64,000 nt of DNA from Promethearchaeota archaeon (GCA_019057865.1 JAHLWP010000007.1:75005-139004); one strand, 5' to 3'. Counted from the stretch's first letter, positions 21,669 through 32,743 are shown. Notes: generated from the sequence alone by a model not told the origin. Translations and numbers: made by a program.

Positions 21669-22310
21669 ATGAAAGAAATTTTTAAGGATATTTACCATAT
21701 AGGAAATTCTGGCTGTTCTGTTTACTTGGTGGATACAAAAAGTAATGATGGTTTAGTGTTAATTGATTGTGGTATGAGTCTTAGTTTAATAAAAAAAATA
21801 AGTAAAAGAGCTTTAAATCCTATGAATATTAAACACTGTATTTTAACTCATTTCCATATAGATCATATCGGTGCATGCCATGATCTTAAGCAATTTAATA
21901 AAAACGTAAAATTTTACGCTCATGAGTTAGATGCTGTCGCTATTGAAGAGAAAGGGCATGATAAGGAAACAGCAGCTAAGTGGTATGGGGTAAATTATAA
22001 ACCTATAAAACTTTCGAAAAGATTAAAAGGAGAACTAGAAATTTTAAGATTTGGCACATACGAATTTAAATGTATTCACACTCCCGGGCATACACCAGGA
22101 TCATTAGCGATATTACTGGAGTTAGAGAAAAAAATTTTATTTGGTCAAGATATACATGGACCAATAATTCCCGGTGTTAGTGATTTCGAAGATTATCAGG
22201 ATTCTCTCAAAAAACTTTTAGATTTAAAAGTAGATATTTTATGTGAAGGACATTTCGGGCTCTTTCAAGGGGAAGAAGTACAAAAATATATTAAACAATA
22301 TATAGAATAA
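21669..22310 (+). CDS. Metallo-beta-lactamase-fold hydrolase (glyoxalase II-like)
   Basis: LIDCG, THFHIDH, HTPGHTPGS, FGQD, CEGH. Confidence 0.88.
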   Translation: MKEIFKDIYHIGNSGCSVYLVDTKSNDGLVLIDCGMSLSLIKKISKRALNPMNIKHCILTHFHIDHIGACHDLKQFNKNVKFYAHELDAVAIEEKGHDKETAAKWYGVNYKPIKLSKRLKGELEILRFGTYEFKCIHTPGHTPGSLAILLELEKKILFGQDIHGPIIPGVSDFEDYQDSLKKLLDLKVDILCEGHFGLFQGEEVQKYIKQYIE

Positions 22311-22338
22311 ATAAATAAAAAAAATAAAAATTTGCTTC

Positions 22339-25300
22339 TTATTTTAATTGACTCTTAAGAGTATCTGCATTCTTTTTTATTATACCAGCTAAACTTGACT
22401 TGCTAGCACCTATCTTCTCTAAAACTTTTAATGCCTCATCAAATTGCTTTAATGCTTTAGGTTTTTTACCTTGATTTTTATAAATTAAACCAATACTGTG
22501 TAAAACTTCCGCTCGACCCTCTAGATCTCCGAGTATACTAAAATCTTCTATTGCTTCTTCAAAATATTTTAAGGATTTTCGATAAATCTCTTGGTCCATA
22601 TAGAGAGATCCGATTTTATTGAGGAAATTTGCTTTTGCCTTAATATCATTTTGATTTTCAGATAGATTAAGCCCCTCTTCATAATATCTCAATGCTTCTT
22701 CATATGATTTCTGTTCACTCATAATTAATCCTAAATTCTCAAGTGTCTCAATCCTTCCTTCATTATTCTCAAGATGTTCAAATATTCGAAATGCCTCTTC
22801 AGATCTTTCCAAAGCCTCATCAAACCTTCTCTGATTAAAGTAAATCATACCTATATTTTTAATTGAATTAGCCTTATCTTTCAAGTTACCAACTTGTTCA
22901 TTGATTTTTAATGCTGCTTCATATTGAGTTAATGCTCTTGAATATCTTTTTTGTATTTGATAAATTTCTCCTATATTTACTAATCGTTTTGCTCTTCCCG
23001 GTAAATTACCTAGTTCATCATCAATTTCTAATCCTTTTTCATATTGGTTTAGTGCATCATCATATTTTTCTTGATATTGATATATATTTCCTATAGTTTC
23101 AAGGATATTAGCTTTCATTTCCAGATTTCCTAGTTTTTCAGCAACTTGAAGTATATTTTCATATTGTTTTAGAGCTTCATCATACCTCTCTTGATATTGA
23201 TAAACATTTCCGATAACTTCTAAGATTTTGGCTTTTTCTTCGAAGTTTTCTAAATCTTCAGCAATAAAGAGTGCTTCATCAAACCATCTTAGGGCTTCGG
23301 GGTAATTAACTTGATCTAGATACACATTGCCAATAGTTTTAAGAATTTTCGCATTCATTGATAAATCTTCTAACTGTTCAGAAATTAATAGTACTTCTTC
23401 AAAATTTTTTATAGCCATATCATAATTTATTTGATAAAGATAATTAAGCCCAATATTAGTAATTGCTATGGTTTTTCCTTCGAGATTTCTCATTTTTTCA
23501 TAAATATTTAAGGTTTCTTCGAATTTTTTGAAAGCATCGGAATAATTTCCTTGGTCTTGATCAATCAAGCCAAGATTTATAAGAGCTTTAGCCTTTCCCT
23601 TAAGATTTCCTTGTTGTTCATACACATTTAAGGCTTCTTCAAACCGACTCAAAGCTTCAGGGTAATTTCCTTGATCGAGATAAATAACTCCAATATTATT
23701 GATACTATCTGCATATCCAACATCATTCTTTAAATCCAAATAGATAGTTAATGCATCTTCAAATCTTTTTAAAGCTTCCTTATAATTGCCCTGTTCACGA
23801 TAAGTTAATCCAATCTTGTTGAGATAAGCAGCATTATCTCCCAATCTGCTTAGTTTTTCAGAGATCTCTAATATTTTTTCATATCTCCTAATTGCCTTGG
23901 GATACGCTTTTTGTTTAACATAAATGCTTCCAGTTTTTTTAAGAATACTTGCCTTTCCTTCAATGATGCCCAATTCATCTATAATCTGTAAAGCATTTTC
24001 ATATTGTTCTAATGCAGCTGGAAAATTTTTTTGTTTCTTATAAATATTTCCAATATTGAATATTAATCGTGTTTTATCCTCCAAATTACCTGTTTGTTCA
24101 ATTATATTTAGAGCTTCTTGAAATTGGTTTATAGCTTTAGTTAAATTCCATTGATTTGTATAAATTAAGCCATTGTTAAACAGACATTCAGCTTTTCCTT
24201 CTAAATTTCCTAATTTTTCAAAAAGAGGAAGCGCTTCTCCAAACTCTTTTATAGCTTTTCTATGGTAACCTTGCCTTCTAAAGATTGTACCTATTTTTAA
24301 TTTAGAATTTGATTTCCCTATTAAATCTCCTAACTCCTCATAAATCTTCAACGCCTCTTGAAAAGCATCTAGAGAATCAGAATATTTGTGTTGAATATTA
24401 AGTATATTTCCAATTTTTCGTAGAGTATTAGCTTTTTCCCTTAAATTACCCAATTTATTATATATCTTAATTAAATCTTCATATTTTAATATTGCTTCAT
24501 TAAAATTCCCTTGTTCTTGATAAATTTGCCCTAAATTATTAAGATCATATGCTATCCTTGCAAAGTTTTTTAACTTTTCATCAATCTTTAAAGCTTCATT
24601 AAAATATTCTAATGCTTTAGTATAATTTCTTTGACTATGATAGATTACTCCGATATTACCCTTGTTCATTGCTTTGCCTTTAAAATTCTTTGTGGTTTCT
24701 ACAATTTGAAGTGCTTCTTCAAAAGAATTTAGTGCTTCCGGGAATTTTTCTTGATCTTTATAAATTAATCCTATTTTATTAAGTAATGTTGCTCTTAGGC
24801 TTAAATTACCTGATTCTTCAGAAACACTAATCAATTCTTTAAGACATCCTAATGCTTCATTATATTCATTAAGAAAAAAATAAATTTTGTAAGAAATAGT
24901 ACTTTTGATAATATCATCAATAGTTTTAAGATTTTCTTTAAACCAATCTGAAGTATTTATAGAGAAGTTTTCCTTACTAATCTCTGGCTTAATATCTAAT
25001 AAGTCTTCAAATAATTTTGTTGTATTCGTATTTACGCGATATATATTTACATCGTAATTTATTTGTTTTATATCATTTAGTATATAATCAACATTATCCA
25101 ATTTTTCTAAGGATTGAATTCGCTTAGCATCAACTTCATAAATTTCTTCCTTTCCCTCTTCTCCAATATGATTAATCCAAATGATATTTCTAAGGTTCAT
25201 TAAGACTTTAAGTGTAGGAATAATATCATTATCATTCTGACCAGAATAGCCTACAATAATAAGTGAACGTTTATTTGTGATATTATCAAATAAAGGACGT

Positions 25301-25929
25301 TTATATGGTTCTAATTGAAATATATTTAATCCTTCTTTATTAGAACCTAATAACTTGATTGTATCAATTAAAGAATCGTTAGTGTCTTCCTCAAAAATAA
25401 TATTTTTAGCTGAGCCATGGATCTTATGTAGTGAAAATCTTCCACTTTTCAACAATTTGATAGGGTCACTAAATTTTTTAAAATCTTTTTCAGTAATGGC
25501 AGTAACTATCCTTTTTTTCATCACATTAGACTGTAATAGAGCATATTCGATTAAAAAATCGAAATTCGTAGTCATAACAAAAGCCCCTTTCTTAATCATT
25601 TCTGCAATAAAATAGTGCTGAATATTTGGTTTATCGCATAATCCATAATAGTCAAAAATCATTAGTGCCTCATCTAAGCAATCACGAATAATATCTAAAA
25701 TTGTTTCAAGTCTTAAGTTTTTTAATTTTAGGATTTTCTCTATCTCTGATTTAGCACAACTATACTTAATGATGTTTTTTATCATTTCATTGCTGGCTGG
25801 TAGACATGAAGGTGGGTCGACAGAACAACCAGCACCTATTAGAAATGTTAAATCTTCACCTTTTTTCAATAAATCACGTATATTGAGCTTCGATTCATTA
25901 TTTACAGACGTCATTTTTTTCGCACTCAT
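22339..25929 (-). CDS. SIR2-like (SIR2_2) domain protein with a long TPR array
   Basis: FLIGAGCS, TTNFD, KIHGS, VGYSG in the N-terminal ~300 aa, then about 20 repeats of ~40 aa (A..LNNIG.IY...G.Y.EAL..FEEAL.I.E). Confidence 0.85.
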   Translation of the reverse strand: MSAKKMTSVNNESKLNIRDLLKKGEDLTFLIGAGCSVDPPSCLPASNEMIKNIIKYSCAKSEIEKILKLKNLRLETILDIIRDCLDEALMIFDYYGLCDKPNIQHYFIAEMIKKGAFVMTTNFDFLIEYALLQSNVMKKRIVTAITEKDFKKFSDPIKLLKSGRFSLHKIHGSAKNIIFEEDTNDSLIDTIKLLGSNKEGLNIFQLEPYKRPLFDNITNKRSLIIVGYSGQNDNDIIPTLKVLMNLRNIIWINHIGEEGKEEIYEVDAKRIQSLEKLDNVDYILNDIKQINYDVNIYRVNTNTTKLFEDLLDIKPEISKENFSINTSDWFKENLKTIDDIIKSTISYKIYFFLNEYNEALGCLKELISVSEESGNLSLRATLLNKIGLIYKDQEKFPEALNSFEEALQIVETTKNFKGKAMNKGNIGVIYHSQRNYTKALEYFNEALKIDEKLKNFARIAYDLNNLGQIYQEQGNFNEAILKYEDLIKIYNKLGNLREKANTLRKIGNILNIQHKYSDSLDAFQEALKIYEELGDLIGKSNSKLKIGTIFRRQGYHRKAIKEFGEALPLFEKLGNLEGKAECLFNNGLIYTNQWNLTKAINQFQEALNIIEQTGNLEDKTRLIFNIGNIYKKQKNFPAALEQYENALQIIDELGIIEGKASILKKTGSIYVKQKAYPKAIRRYEKILEISEKLSRLGDNAAYLNKIGLTYREQGNYKEALKRFEDALTIYLDLKNDVGYADSINNIGVIYLDQGNYPEALSRFEEALNVYEQQGNLKGKAKALINLGLIDQDQGNYSDAFKKFEETLNIYEKMRNLEGKTIAITNIGLNYLYQINYDMAIKNFEEVLLISEQLEDLSMNAKILKTIGNVYLDQVNYPEALRWFDEALFIAEDLENFEEKAKILEVIGNVYQYQERYDEALKQYENILQVAEKLGNLEMKANILETIGNIYQYQEKYDDALNQYEKGLEIDDELGNLPGRAKRLVNIGEIYQIQKRYSRALTQYEAALKINEQVGNLKDKANSIKNIGMIYFNQRRFDEALERSEEAFRIFEHLENNEGRIETLENLGLIMSEQKSYEEALRYYEEGLNLSENQNDIKAKANFLNKIGSLYMDQEIYRKSLKYFEEAIEDFSILGDLEGRAEVLHSIGLIYKNQGKKPKALKQFDEALKVLEKIGASKSSLAGIIKKNADTLKSQLK

Positions 25930-26134
25930 TAAAAAATATAAATTTTTAATTGAATTAAATTAAATGATTCTTTTTATTCTTAAAAAGTTTATTTTAAAAC
26001 TTATATCCTAATTTTTTAAAAGGATTTTGCACAAGTATCCATCTTATTATATTAATTTTGTTGTTTAAAAAAGTAAAATTTAAAGAAATTACATAATTTT
26101 TTGAGACAATAAAACCAAAAAGTGAGTATGTTAA

Positions 26135-26368
26135 ATGGAAAATAAAAAATTCCTCCAAATAGGGTTAATATGTAGTATAATCACTATATTTTGCCTTATA
26201 ATATCTCTGATGGTATCATTAGCAACTAATTATTGGATATGGGAGTTAAGTAATCTTCCATTATCAACGGCAGAAATATTTATAATAATCTTTGGAATTA
26301 TTATTGGAATTAGTGGAATTTTTTCTGGTGTTTTTATTGCTATGTGGATTATTAAAAGTAAAACTTAA
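26135..26368 (+). CDS. Small two-TM membrane protein
   Basis: Two hydrophobic stretches. Confidence 0.55.
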   Translation: MENKKFLQIGLICSIITIFCLIISLMVSLATNYWIWELSNLPLSTAEIFIIIFGIIIGISGIFSGVFIAMWIIKSKT

Positions 26369-26466
26369 AACAATCTAAAAAATATCTTAATTTCCTAATT
26401 TAGATCTACAACTTCTAATGTAAAAAGTAAAATTTTAACTTTTTTCTTGTATTTCACTTTTTTAGA

Positions 26467-27318
26467 ATGAAATTAGAAGACTGGCATACGCACAGTGCTC
26501 TTTGTCACCATGCGGTTGGCTCCATTGAAGATTACATAAGAAAAGCTATCGAACTTGAATTAAATACAATTGGTATTTGTGATCATTTTCCCTTTGAATT
26601 TTTAAAGAACATTGAACGAATTCCATATGAAGATTATGCGATAACTTTAGATGAGATTAAGGGTTATTTATCAATGGCAAAAACTTTAAAAGATAAATAT
26701 AGAAATGTTATAAATGTAAGAATCGCATTTGAAGTAGATTTTTTTGAGAATCAAGAGTCTGCTCTTAATACCCACCTTTACAAATATAAAAATCATTTAG
26801 ATTACATCTTAGGTTCCATTCATATTTTAAATTTTCATGATGGAAGAGGAGCATGGGGATTTGATGATAGTAGATTTAGAACTGATTATGACTATTATGG
26901 TCCTGATAAAGTATATATGGAGTATTACAAGACGGTACAAAAAATGATAAATTCCAATGACTTTGATTTTGATATCATAGCTCATTTTGATTTACCTAAG
27001 AAATTCAACGATATCCCTAATAATAAAGAAATAGTAAATAATGAGGCAATGAAAACCTTAGGCCTTATTAAAAAAAGAGATGTTGTAATTGAAATAAATT
27101 CAAGTGGATTGAGGAAGGATGCAAAAGAGCAATACCCAAGTAAAGAAATTATTCAAAAAGTGTATGATCTTGATATTTCAATATTATTAGGCTCTGATGC
27201 CCATGATCCTAATTATATCGCTTGGGAATTTGAAAAAATTATTAATATGTTAAAAAAGATAGGATATAATCACCTTGTTCACTTTAAGAAAAGAGATAGA
27301 TTATATATGGAAATATAA
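26467..27318 (+). CDS. PHP-family histidinol-phosphatase (HisJ/HisK type)
   Basis: DWHTHS..CHHA, CDH, DYILGSIH, IIAHFDLPK, EINSSG, LGSDAH. Confidence 0.88.
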   Translation: MKLEDWHTHSALCHHAVGSIEDYIRKAIELELNTIGICDHFPFEFLKNIERIPYEDYAITLDEIKGYLSMAKTLKDKYRNVINVRIAFEVDFFENQESALNTHLYKYKNHLDYILGSIHILNFHDGRGAWGFDDSRFRTDYDYYGPDKVYMEYYKTVQKMINSNDFDFDIIAHFDLPKKFNDIPNNKEIVNNEAMKTLGLIKKRDVVIEINSSGLRKDAKEQYPSKEIIQKVYDLDISILLGSDAHDPNYIAWEFEKIINMLKKIGYNHLVHFKKRDRLYMEI

Positions 27319-27366
27319 TCAAGAGAAAAAATGCCCTATTTTTTAAAAATAACTAGATAAGATTTT

Positions 27367-28269
27367 TTAAATCCCTCTACTCTGCAACCATCCTTCCATA
27401 GTTAGTGAGTTGAAGAGACGAATATGTTTTGAATCTTTAGTATGAATTGTTAAATGATTCTTCTCAGAATTTCCTTTAACAGCAATGAGCATTTCCTCGC
27501 CATCTCTCACTATAACATATCTATCCTCACGTTCATAACTTCTTAGAGAAATGTTATCAAGACTAGTAAATTCATCTAATAATTCAGAATGTTCATCTAT
27601 TCCAGGATTAATTAAACAAGAGATCCTCATATTTACAGACGACTTCACTTCATAAAGATATAACTCTTGTAAATCAACAATAGTAGGAACGACAATCATG
27701 ACATTGTGCAAACCTTTTTCTAGAATTTCTCTCATTTTTATAAGAATTTCAGATTTTGTAATTTCAGTTTTGGTGAAATCAATGATTTTTGAACCTGATA
27801 AGCTTGATTGTGCTTGTCTTAATTTCTCATTTTCTAATTCTAACGTCTCTAAATCGACATCTGCCTTAGATAATTCATCATTTAAAATTTCTATCTCTTT
27901 TTGGAGTTTGTTGATTTTTTCATCTTTTTCTTTAAGAAGATTTTCATCAGTTATAGATGATGCCTGTGCTTTCAACTCCTCCTCTTTTAATTTAATTGTT
28001 TTTCCTAATGTTGCTATTTTTTCATCTTTAGCTTTTATTTGCTGATCTTTTAATTCTAATGAATCACGAATAGTCTTTATTTGATCATCCTTTAACTTTA
28101 TTGAATCTTTAAGAGAATTTATAAGGCTATCTTGAGTTTGAAATTTTTCATTTAATTTATTTATAGATTCTCCAACTTTTCTTAATGTTTCGTCTTTTTT
28201 TTCAATTTCAGCTTGTAGCTTATTGATGAGTGCGTCTTTAGATTCATCATTTACCATTATGATATTCAC
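27367..28269 (-). CDS. Coiled-coil protein with a C-terminal globular domain (TrmB/PLD-like)
   Basis: Heptad-rich residues ~10-155 (LKDSIKLKDDQIKTIRDSLELKDQQI); C-terminal alpha/beta domain with VIVRDGEEMLIA. Confidence 0.65.
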   Translation of the reverse strand: MNIIMVNDESKDALINKLQAEIEKKDETLRKVGESINKLNEKFQTQDSLINSLKDSIKLKDDQIKTIRDSLELKDQQIKAKDEKIATLGKTIKLKEEELKAQASSITDENLLKEKDEKINKLQKEIEILNDELSKADVDLETLELENEKLRQAQSSLSGSKIIDFTKTEITKSEILIKMREILEKGLHNVMIVVPTIVDLQELYLYEVKSSVNMRISCLINPGIDEHSELLDEFTSLDNISLRSYEREDRYVIVRDGEEMLIAVKGNSEKNHLTIHTKDSKHIRLFNSLTMEGWLQSRGI

Positions 28270-28502
28270 AAAATCTTTTATATATATTAATAAAAAAGTT
28301 TAGCTTAAAATATATTTTCTATATTCTTAAAGTATATAAAATCTTGAAATATTTAAAATTGAACTACATTTTTCATTTTTAATATAAAACTAAATTAATA
28401 AGATTATCCTAGAATATTCAGATAATATCCTATTATAAAGTTTTAAGATTATTACTTGATTATTAGAATATCTTTTTATTTTTATAAGAAGAAGATAACA
28501 TT

Positions 28503-29240
28503 ATGGAAAAACACGATAATATGATAAAAGAATTAGAATCGGATGTCTCTGAACTGATAGAAAAAGAACTTCAATCGGCACCAGCCATTCTAGGTATTAA
28601 TGTTGGAACGCCTGAAGGAACTAGAATTGCGAGTAAATTCAAAAAAGAGATAAAAATGTCGATGAGTGAAGTAACGGCCGCTAGTAGTAGCCTTGTTTTT
28701 CTATCATCAAAAATTTTGAAGGATTCATTAAACCAAAAGATTTCTTATCATTTAATTACTGGAAAAGAAAAAATAATCCATTCTATTTTAACAGAAAACA
28801 TTACGATGATTTCCTATCTGAATCGAGAATTAGCAGAACTCGAAGGACTAAGTATTTACATAAATAATTTATATAAATTAAGTCTACGGATATCAGCAAT
28901 TATTGAAACTTCGGATATCCTCAAAGAACAAGTTTTTGTAGCTATAAAGAGAGCAATTCCTAACGCACTTGTTATAGCTATTATTACAAAAGACGGTTTA
29001 CCCATTAAAATTCAAGCAACTATGCCTGAACCTATACTATCAGCTATTACTTCCGCAATATACAATTTAGCTGGTGTTTTATTAGAAGAAGGGTTAGAGT
29101 TTTCGATAATTGGAGGAGAAAACGGTTCAATTATTATTCATGAACTAGATGAGAATCGTATATTGGCAATGGCAGTTCCAGAGGCAGATGAAAGAAAGTT
29201 AGGTTCTTATATTGCGAAAATTAAGTCTATAATTCAATAA
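28503..29240 (+). CDS. Tandem Roadblock/LC7 domain protein
   Basis: Two repeats of the Roadblock pattern: GINVGTPEGTRIAS...VTAASSSLV and IAIITKDGLPI...LSAITSAIY...GGENGSIII. Confidence 0.75.
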   Translation: MEKHDNMIKELESDVSELIEKELQSAPAILGINVGTPEGTRIASKFKKEIKMSMSEVTAASSSLVFLSSKILKDSLNQKISYHLITGKEKIIHSILTENITMISYLNRELAELEGLSIYINNLYKLSLRISAIIETSDILKEQVFVAIKRAIPNALVIAIITKDGLPIKIQATMPEPILSAITSAIYNLAGVLLEEGLEFSIIGGENGSIIIHELDENRILAMAVPEADERKLGSYIAKIKSIIQ

Positions 29241-29250
29241 TGTTTAAAAT

Positions 29251-30495
29251 TTAATGAATAATATTTTTAATTTTATCTATTATCTTTATAGCACCAAAAT
29301 AAGATTCTGAGAAATTCTTTCCCTTAAATAAGATCGTACATAAAGGTTCTTCTTTTAAGATATTCTTAATGGGTTCAGTTTTATCATAAACAAATTCAAT
29401 ATTATTAATTTTATTCAATAATTCTTTATTTATTTCTTTTGGAGCAAAAAATATTAATTTTGTAGCAAATCCAGTTGCTTGTGCTGATCTAATTTTATTT
29501 TTTACAATATCCCATCTTTTCGGATCAAAACTTTGAACATGTAAATCTAAAAGGTTTAAATCTAAAACTTTTTCAGAAGCTCTAATACTACCAGGAATTC
29601 GTGGATTTATTTCCATTAAATATGGATAATGGTTTTTTAACACAAAATCAAATCCATTAATACCTTTTAAACCTAGTTTTTTTGTTAAAATTAATGAAAT
29701 TTCAGAAATTAGTTTGTTATCCTCTTTTAATAAATTTGCTGGCACAATATTTCCACAATATACAAAATCTCCTGGGGGATTGAGAAATTTTTCTCCAATT
29801 ATTTGGCGGTTAATAGAAATAATTTCGCATTCAGCACCATTGGATATAATAGTGCAACTTACAGGTATTCCTTCAACAAATTCTTGAATTAACCAATCTG
29901 ATGGGTTAAATTCTTTTACTTCTAATTTATTTAAAAGAAAATTTAATTTTTCCTTATTTTCAATTTTAAAAACATTTATGCCTCCCGCGCTCCTCTTTTT
30001 TTTTAAAATAATAGGAAATTCAAATGTTACATTATTTTTAAAAAGCTCATAAGAAAGAGATAAAGGAACCTTAAATCCCTTAGAGCTGAGATAATCATAG
30101 ACTCTTTCAATATCTCGAGATTTTTTAATGATTTCTAAATTATTATTAACATTTTTCACGTCTAACTCTTTTTCTTTGATTTCTCTTAAAATGAAATCTC
30201 TTCCTTCATAATCATCATCTAAACCACTCCCAATTAATAAATAATTGATGTCATTATGTTTTCTTAGCATTTCTACTGTAAAATGTACTAAAAATTCACT
30301 GTATTTATCTTTTAGAAATTCATAGTTAGACTCTAACTCCTTTGTAATAATTATATAATCCTTAACATAAGGATATAGATCTAAATCTCCAAAAAAATCT
30401 ACTGTATATACTTCATAATCCGCTATATGCAAAGATTTAGCTAAAGGTCGAGTATTAAATCCTACTACCAAAATTGAATTTATTTTTACAACCAT
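29251..30495 (-). CDS. ATP-grasp carboxylate-amine ligase (archaeal uncharacterised type)
   Basis: VDFFGDLDL, FPIILKK..SAGG, LIQEFVEG, GLKGINGFDF, MEINPR. Confidence 0.85.
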   Translation of the reverse strand: MVVKINSILVVGFNTRPLAKSLHIADYEVYTVDFFGDLDLYPYVKDYIIITKELESNYEFLKDKYSEFLVHFTVEMLRKHNDINYLLIGSGLDDDYEGRDFILREIKEKELDVKNVNNNLEIIKKSRDIERVYDYLSSKGFKVPLSLSYELFKNNVTFEFPIILKKKRSAGGINVFKIENKEKLNFLLNKLEVKEFNPSDWLIQEFVEGIPVSCTIISNGAECEIISINRQIIGEKFLNPPGDFVYCGNIVPANLLKEDNKLISEISLILTKKLGLKGINGFDFVLKNHYPYLMEINPRIPGSIRASEKVLDLNLLDLHVQSFDPKRWDIVKNKIRSAQATGFATKLIFFAPKEINKELLNKINNIEFVYDKTEPIKNILKEEPLCTILFKGKNFSESYFGAIKIIDKIKNIIH

Positions 30496-30538
30496 TAATT
30501 AGGGATAGTAATAAAATTTAATTGAAATGTATTTCGGT

Positions 30539-32743
30539 TTAAAGAATTTTCTTCAATTCTAATATCAAAGAAGAAGGATTATACTTATCAAATTTATATA
30601 CTTCTGCATTACCAAATTTTTTAAAGTTCTTTTTAATGTTATCTGCTGAATAAGTATGTACTCCTAAAGCCTGAGTAGCGTAAGATTTTTTTGGTTCTAA
30701 TACAACTATATGGACTTTTTGTTTTGATAATTTTTTTGTTAAATCCTTCAATTCTTCAGTTACTAAGGCATAATCATTCTCAACTTGTGCAATTAAATCA
30801 GGATATTTTACTGAAATATTGGCTCCACAGTCAGAAAATATAAAGATTACCGGGATAATATTTCGATTCTTTAGTTTCTCTGCTTTTATTAAATCTGAAC
30901 ATTTCTTTAATGCTGCTGCCATTGGAGTATAAGATTTTCCCTCTATTCTTTTCAATTTATTTACAGCGCTTTTAAAATTAACTGTAGGTTTTTGGAGAAC
31001 AATTGCTTCTTTCCCTCTAAAAACAATTAAAGCAATTTTATCCTTTTTACGATACCCTTCTTTATGGAGAGACAATATAACGTCAGTCATTTGCTTTATT
31101 ACATAATGCATTGATGCAGAACTATCGAGAACGAAAAAGAGAATTAAAGGAGCACGGTATTCATAAATTTTGTCCATTAAATCATATTTGTTAAAGTGTA
31201 TTGGAAATTCAACGTCAGTTTGATTATATACTTTGTTTTTCAAATAATTTCTTATAGTTGCATCTAAAGCAATACTTTTTGGAAGTAGATTGATTGGCCT
31301 CCTATATGAGACATATCTCCCTTTTTGTGAAGATGATATTTTAATCCGCCTTCCTATACCTCTTCCTCCATAATCAGAAATTTTTCGATCTTTTCTAATA
31401 TTATCCAATATTGAGGTCATTTTTTTTTCCATTTTATAAATAAATGTCCTATTACTTAATTTGTCCTCAAAAAATCGAAAGTCATCTTTTTCTCTAGGAA
31501 TATTTTTTACTTTCCATCCTCCTGCAGGTTTAGGGCTCCTTTTTTTGTTATCAGGGTATTTAGGAGGGGGTAGTTTCTGTTCCTTTGTTTCAGGTATATC
31601 AACTTTTTTAGGATCTACCGACTGACGTTTAAATTCCTTTTGCGGAGTATCGTCATGTTTTAAAGGACCTTCTGTGTCTTTATTAGGACGGTATGCTTTT
31701 GGGTCCTCATAGGCTTTCTGAATTTTACCATAGACTTCCGCAATTTTAGCCTTCACCTCCTTAGGGGTCATTTCGTAATGAAGTGATAGAATTCTATGCT
31801 CAAACACTAAATCCATTGCCACATCTAAGTCTTCTTCAGTAATGATTTTCCTATCACTAAAAGCGGCATGAGCTCTAGCACACCGGATGAATGTTATATC
31901 TGCTCTTTGAGAAAAGATTTCTAACTCATTAACTATTTTAGAAACAAACTCGTAAATAGAAGCGGGAATCTGGACTTCTTGAAGAATTTCTCGTGCTCTT
32001 ACAATTCTATGTTTTAAAATCTCTTGTTCACTTTCATAGCATTTAATAAATTCTTTAGGATTATCATCAAATTCAATGACTTTTTTTGTTATTTCAGCTC
32101 GAAGTTTATTATCTCGAGGAGCTTTTATTCTAACTTCCAATCCAAGACGATCTGCGATCTGGGGTCTTAATTCACCCTCTTCAGGATTCATACTACCTAC
32201 TAATACAAATCTTGAAGGATGTGTAACAGAAATTCCTTCTCGCTCAATGATATTTATACCTGAAGCTGAAGCATCTAAAAGAGTATCAACGATATGATCT
32301 TGCAGTAAATTAATTTCATCAATATATAAAATTCCTCTATTTGCTTTAGCTAATAATCCAGGATGAAGCTCTGATGTTCCCTCTGTTAATACACGATCAA
32401 TTGATAAGGAACCGCAAACCATATCTTCTGTTACACCAAGAGGGAGGTTAACCAATCGCATCTCTCGAAATTCAATTTCAATTTCCTTTTTCTTTTTCAA
32501 TCTACAATCCTCACAAAGATCATCAATATTAGACTTAGGATTACAAGAAAACTGACAATCTTTAACAACTTCAATATCTGGCATTACTTCAACCAAAGAT
32601 CTTACAGCAGTAGATTTTCCCGTACCTTGATGTCCCGTTAAAAGCACTCCTCCAATTTGGGGATCGATGACATTTAGTATTAGTGACATCTTCATCTTAT
32701 CTTGTCCTAATATAGCAGTAAAAGGATAATTAATTTTTTTCAT
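30539..32743 (-). CDS. Mg/Co-chelatase ChlI/ChlD-type AAA+ ATPase with C-terminal VWA domain
   Basis: YPFTAILGQ, GHQGTGKS, PGLLAKANRGILYIDE, GSMNPEEGELRPQ; VLDSSASM MIDAS. Confidence 0.88.
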   Translation of the reverse strand: MKKINYPFTAILGQDKMKMSLILNVIDPQIGGVLLTGHQGTGKSTAVRSLVEVMPDIEVVKDCQFSCNPKSNIDDLCEDCRLKKKKEIEIEFREMRLVNLPLGVTEDMVCGSLSIDRVLTEGTSELHPGLLAKANRGILYIDEINLLQDHIVDTLLDASASGINIIEREGISVTHPSRFVLVGSMNPEEGELRPQIADRLGLEVRIKAPRDNKLRAEITKKVIEFDDNPKEFIKCYESEQEILKHRIVRAREILQEVQIPASIYEFVSKIVNELEIFSQRADITFIRCARAHAAFSDRKIITEEDLDVAMDLVFEHRILSLHYEMTPKEVKAKIAEVYGKIQKAYEDPKAYRPNKDTEGPLKHDDTPQKEFKRQSVDPKKVDIPETKEQKLPPPKYPDNKKRSPKPAGGWKVKNIPREKDDFRFFEDKLSNRTFIYKMEKKMTSILDNIRKDRKISDYGGRGIGRRIKISSSQKGRYVSYRRPINLLPKSIALDATIRNYLKNKVYNQTDVEFPIHFNKYDLMDKIYEYRAPLILFFVLDSSASMHYVIKQMTDVILSLHKEGYRKKDKIALIVFRGKEAIVLQKPTVNFKSAVNKLKRIEGKSYTPMAAALKKCSDLIKAEKLKNRNIIPVIFIFSDCGANISVKYPDLIAQVENDYALVTEELKDLTKKLSKQKVHIVVLEPKKSYATQALGVHTYSADNIKKNFKKFGNAEVYKFDKYNPSSLILELKKIL

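Noticed and set aside
30539-32743. Evidence for chlorophyll synthesis
   Set aside because: ChlI/ChlD-like AAA-VWA proteins are widespread in non-phototrophic archaea and no other pathway genes are present
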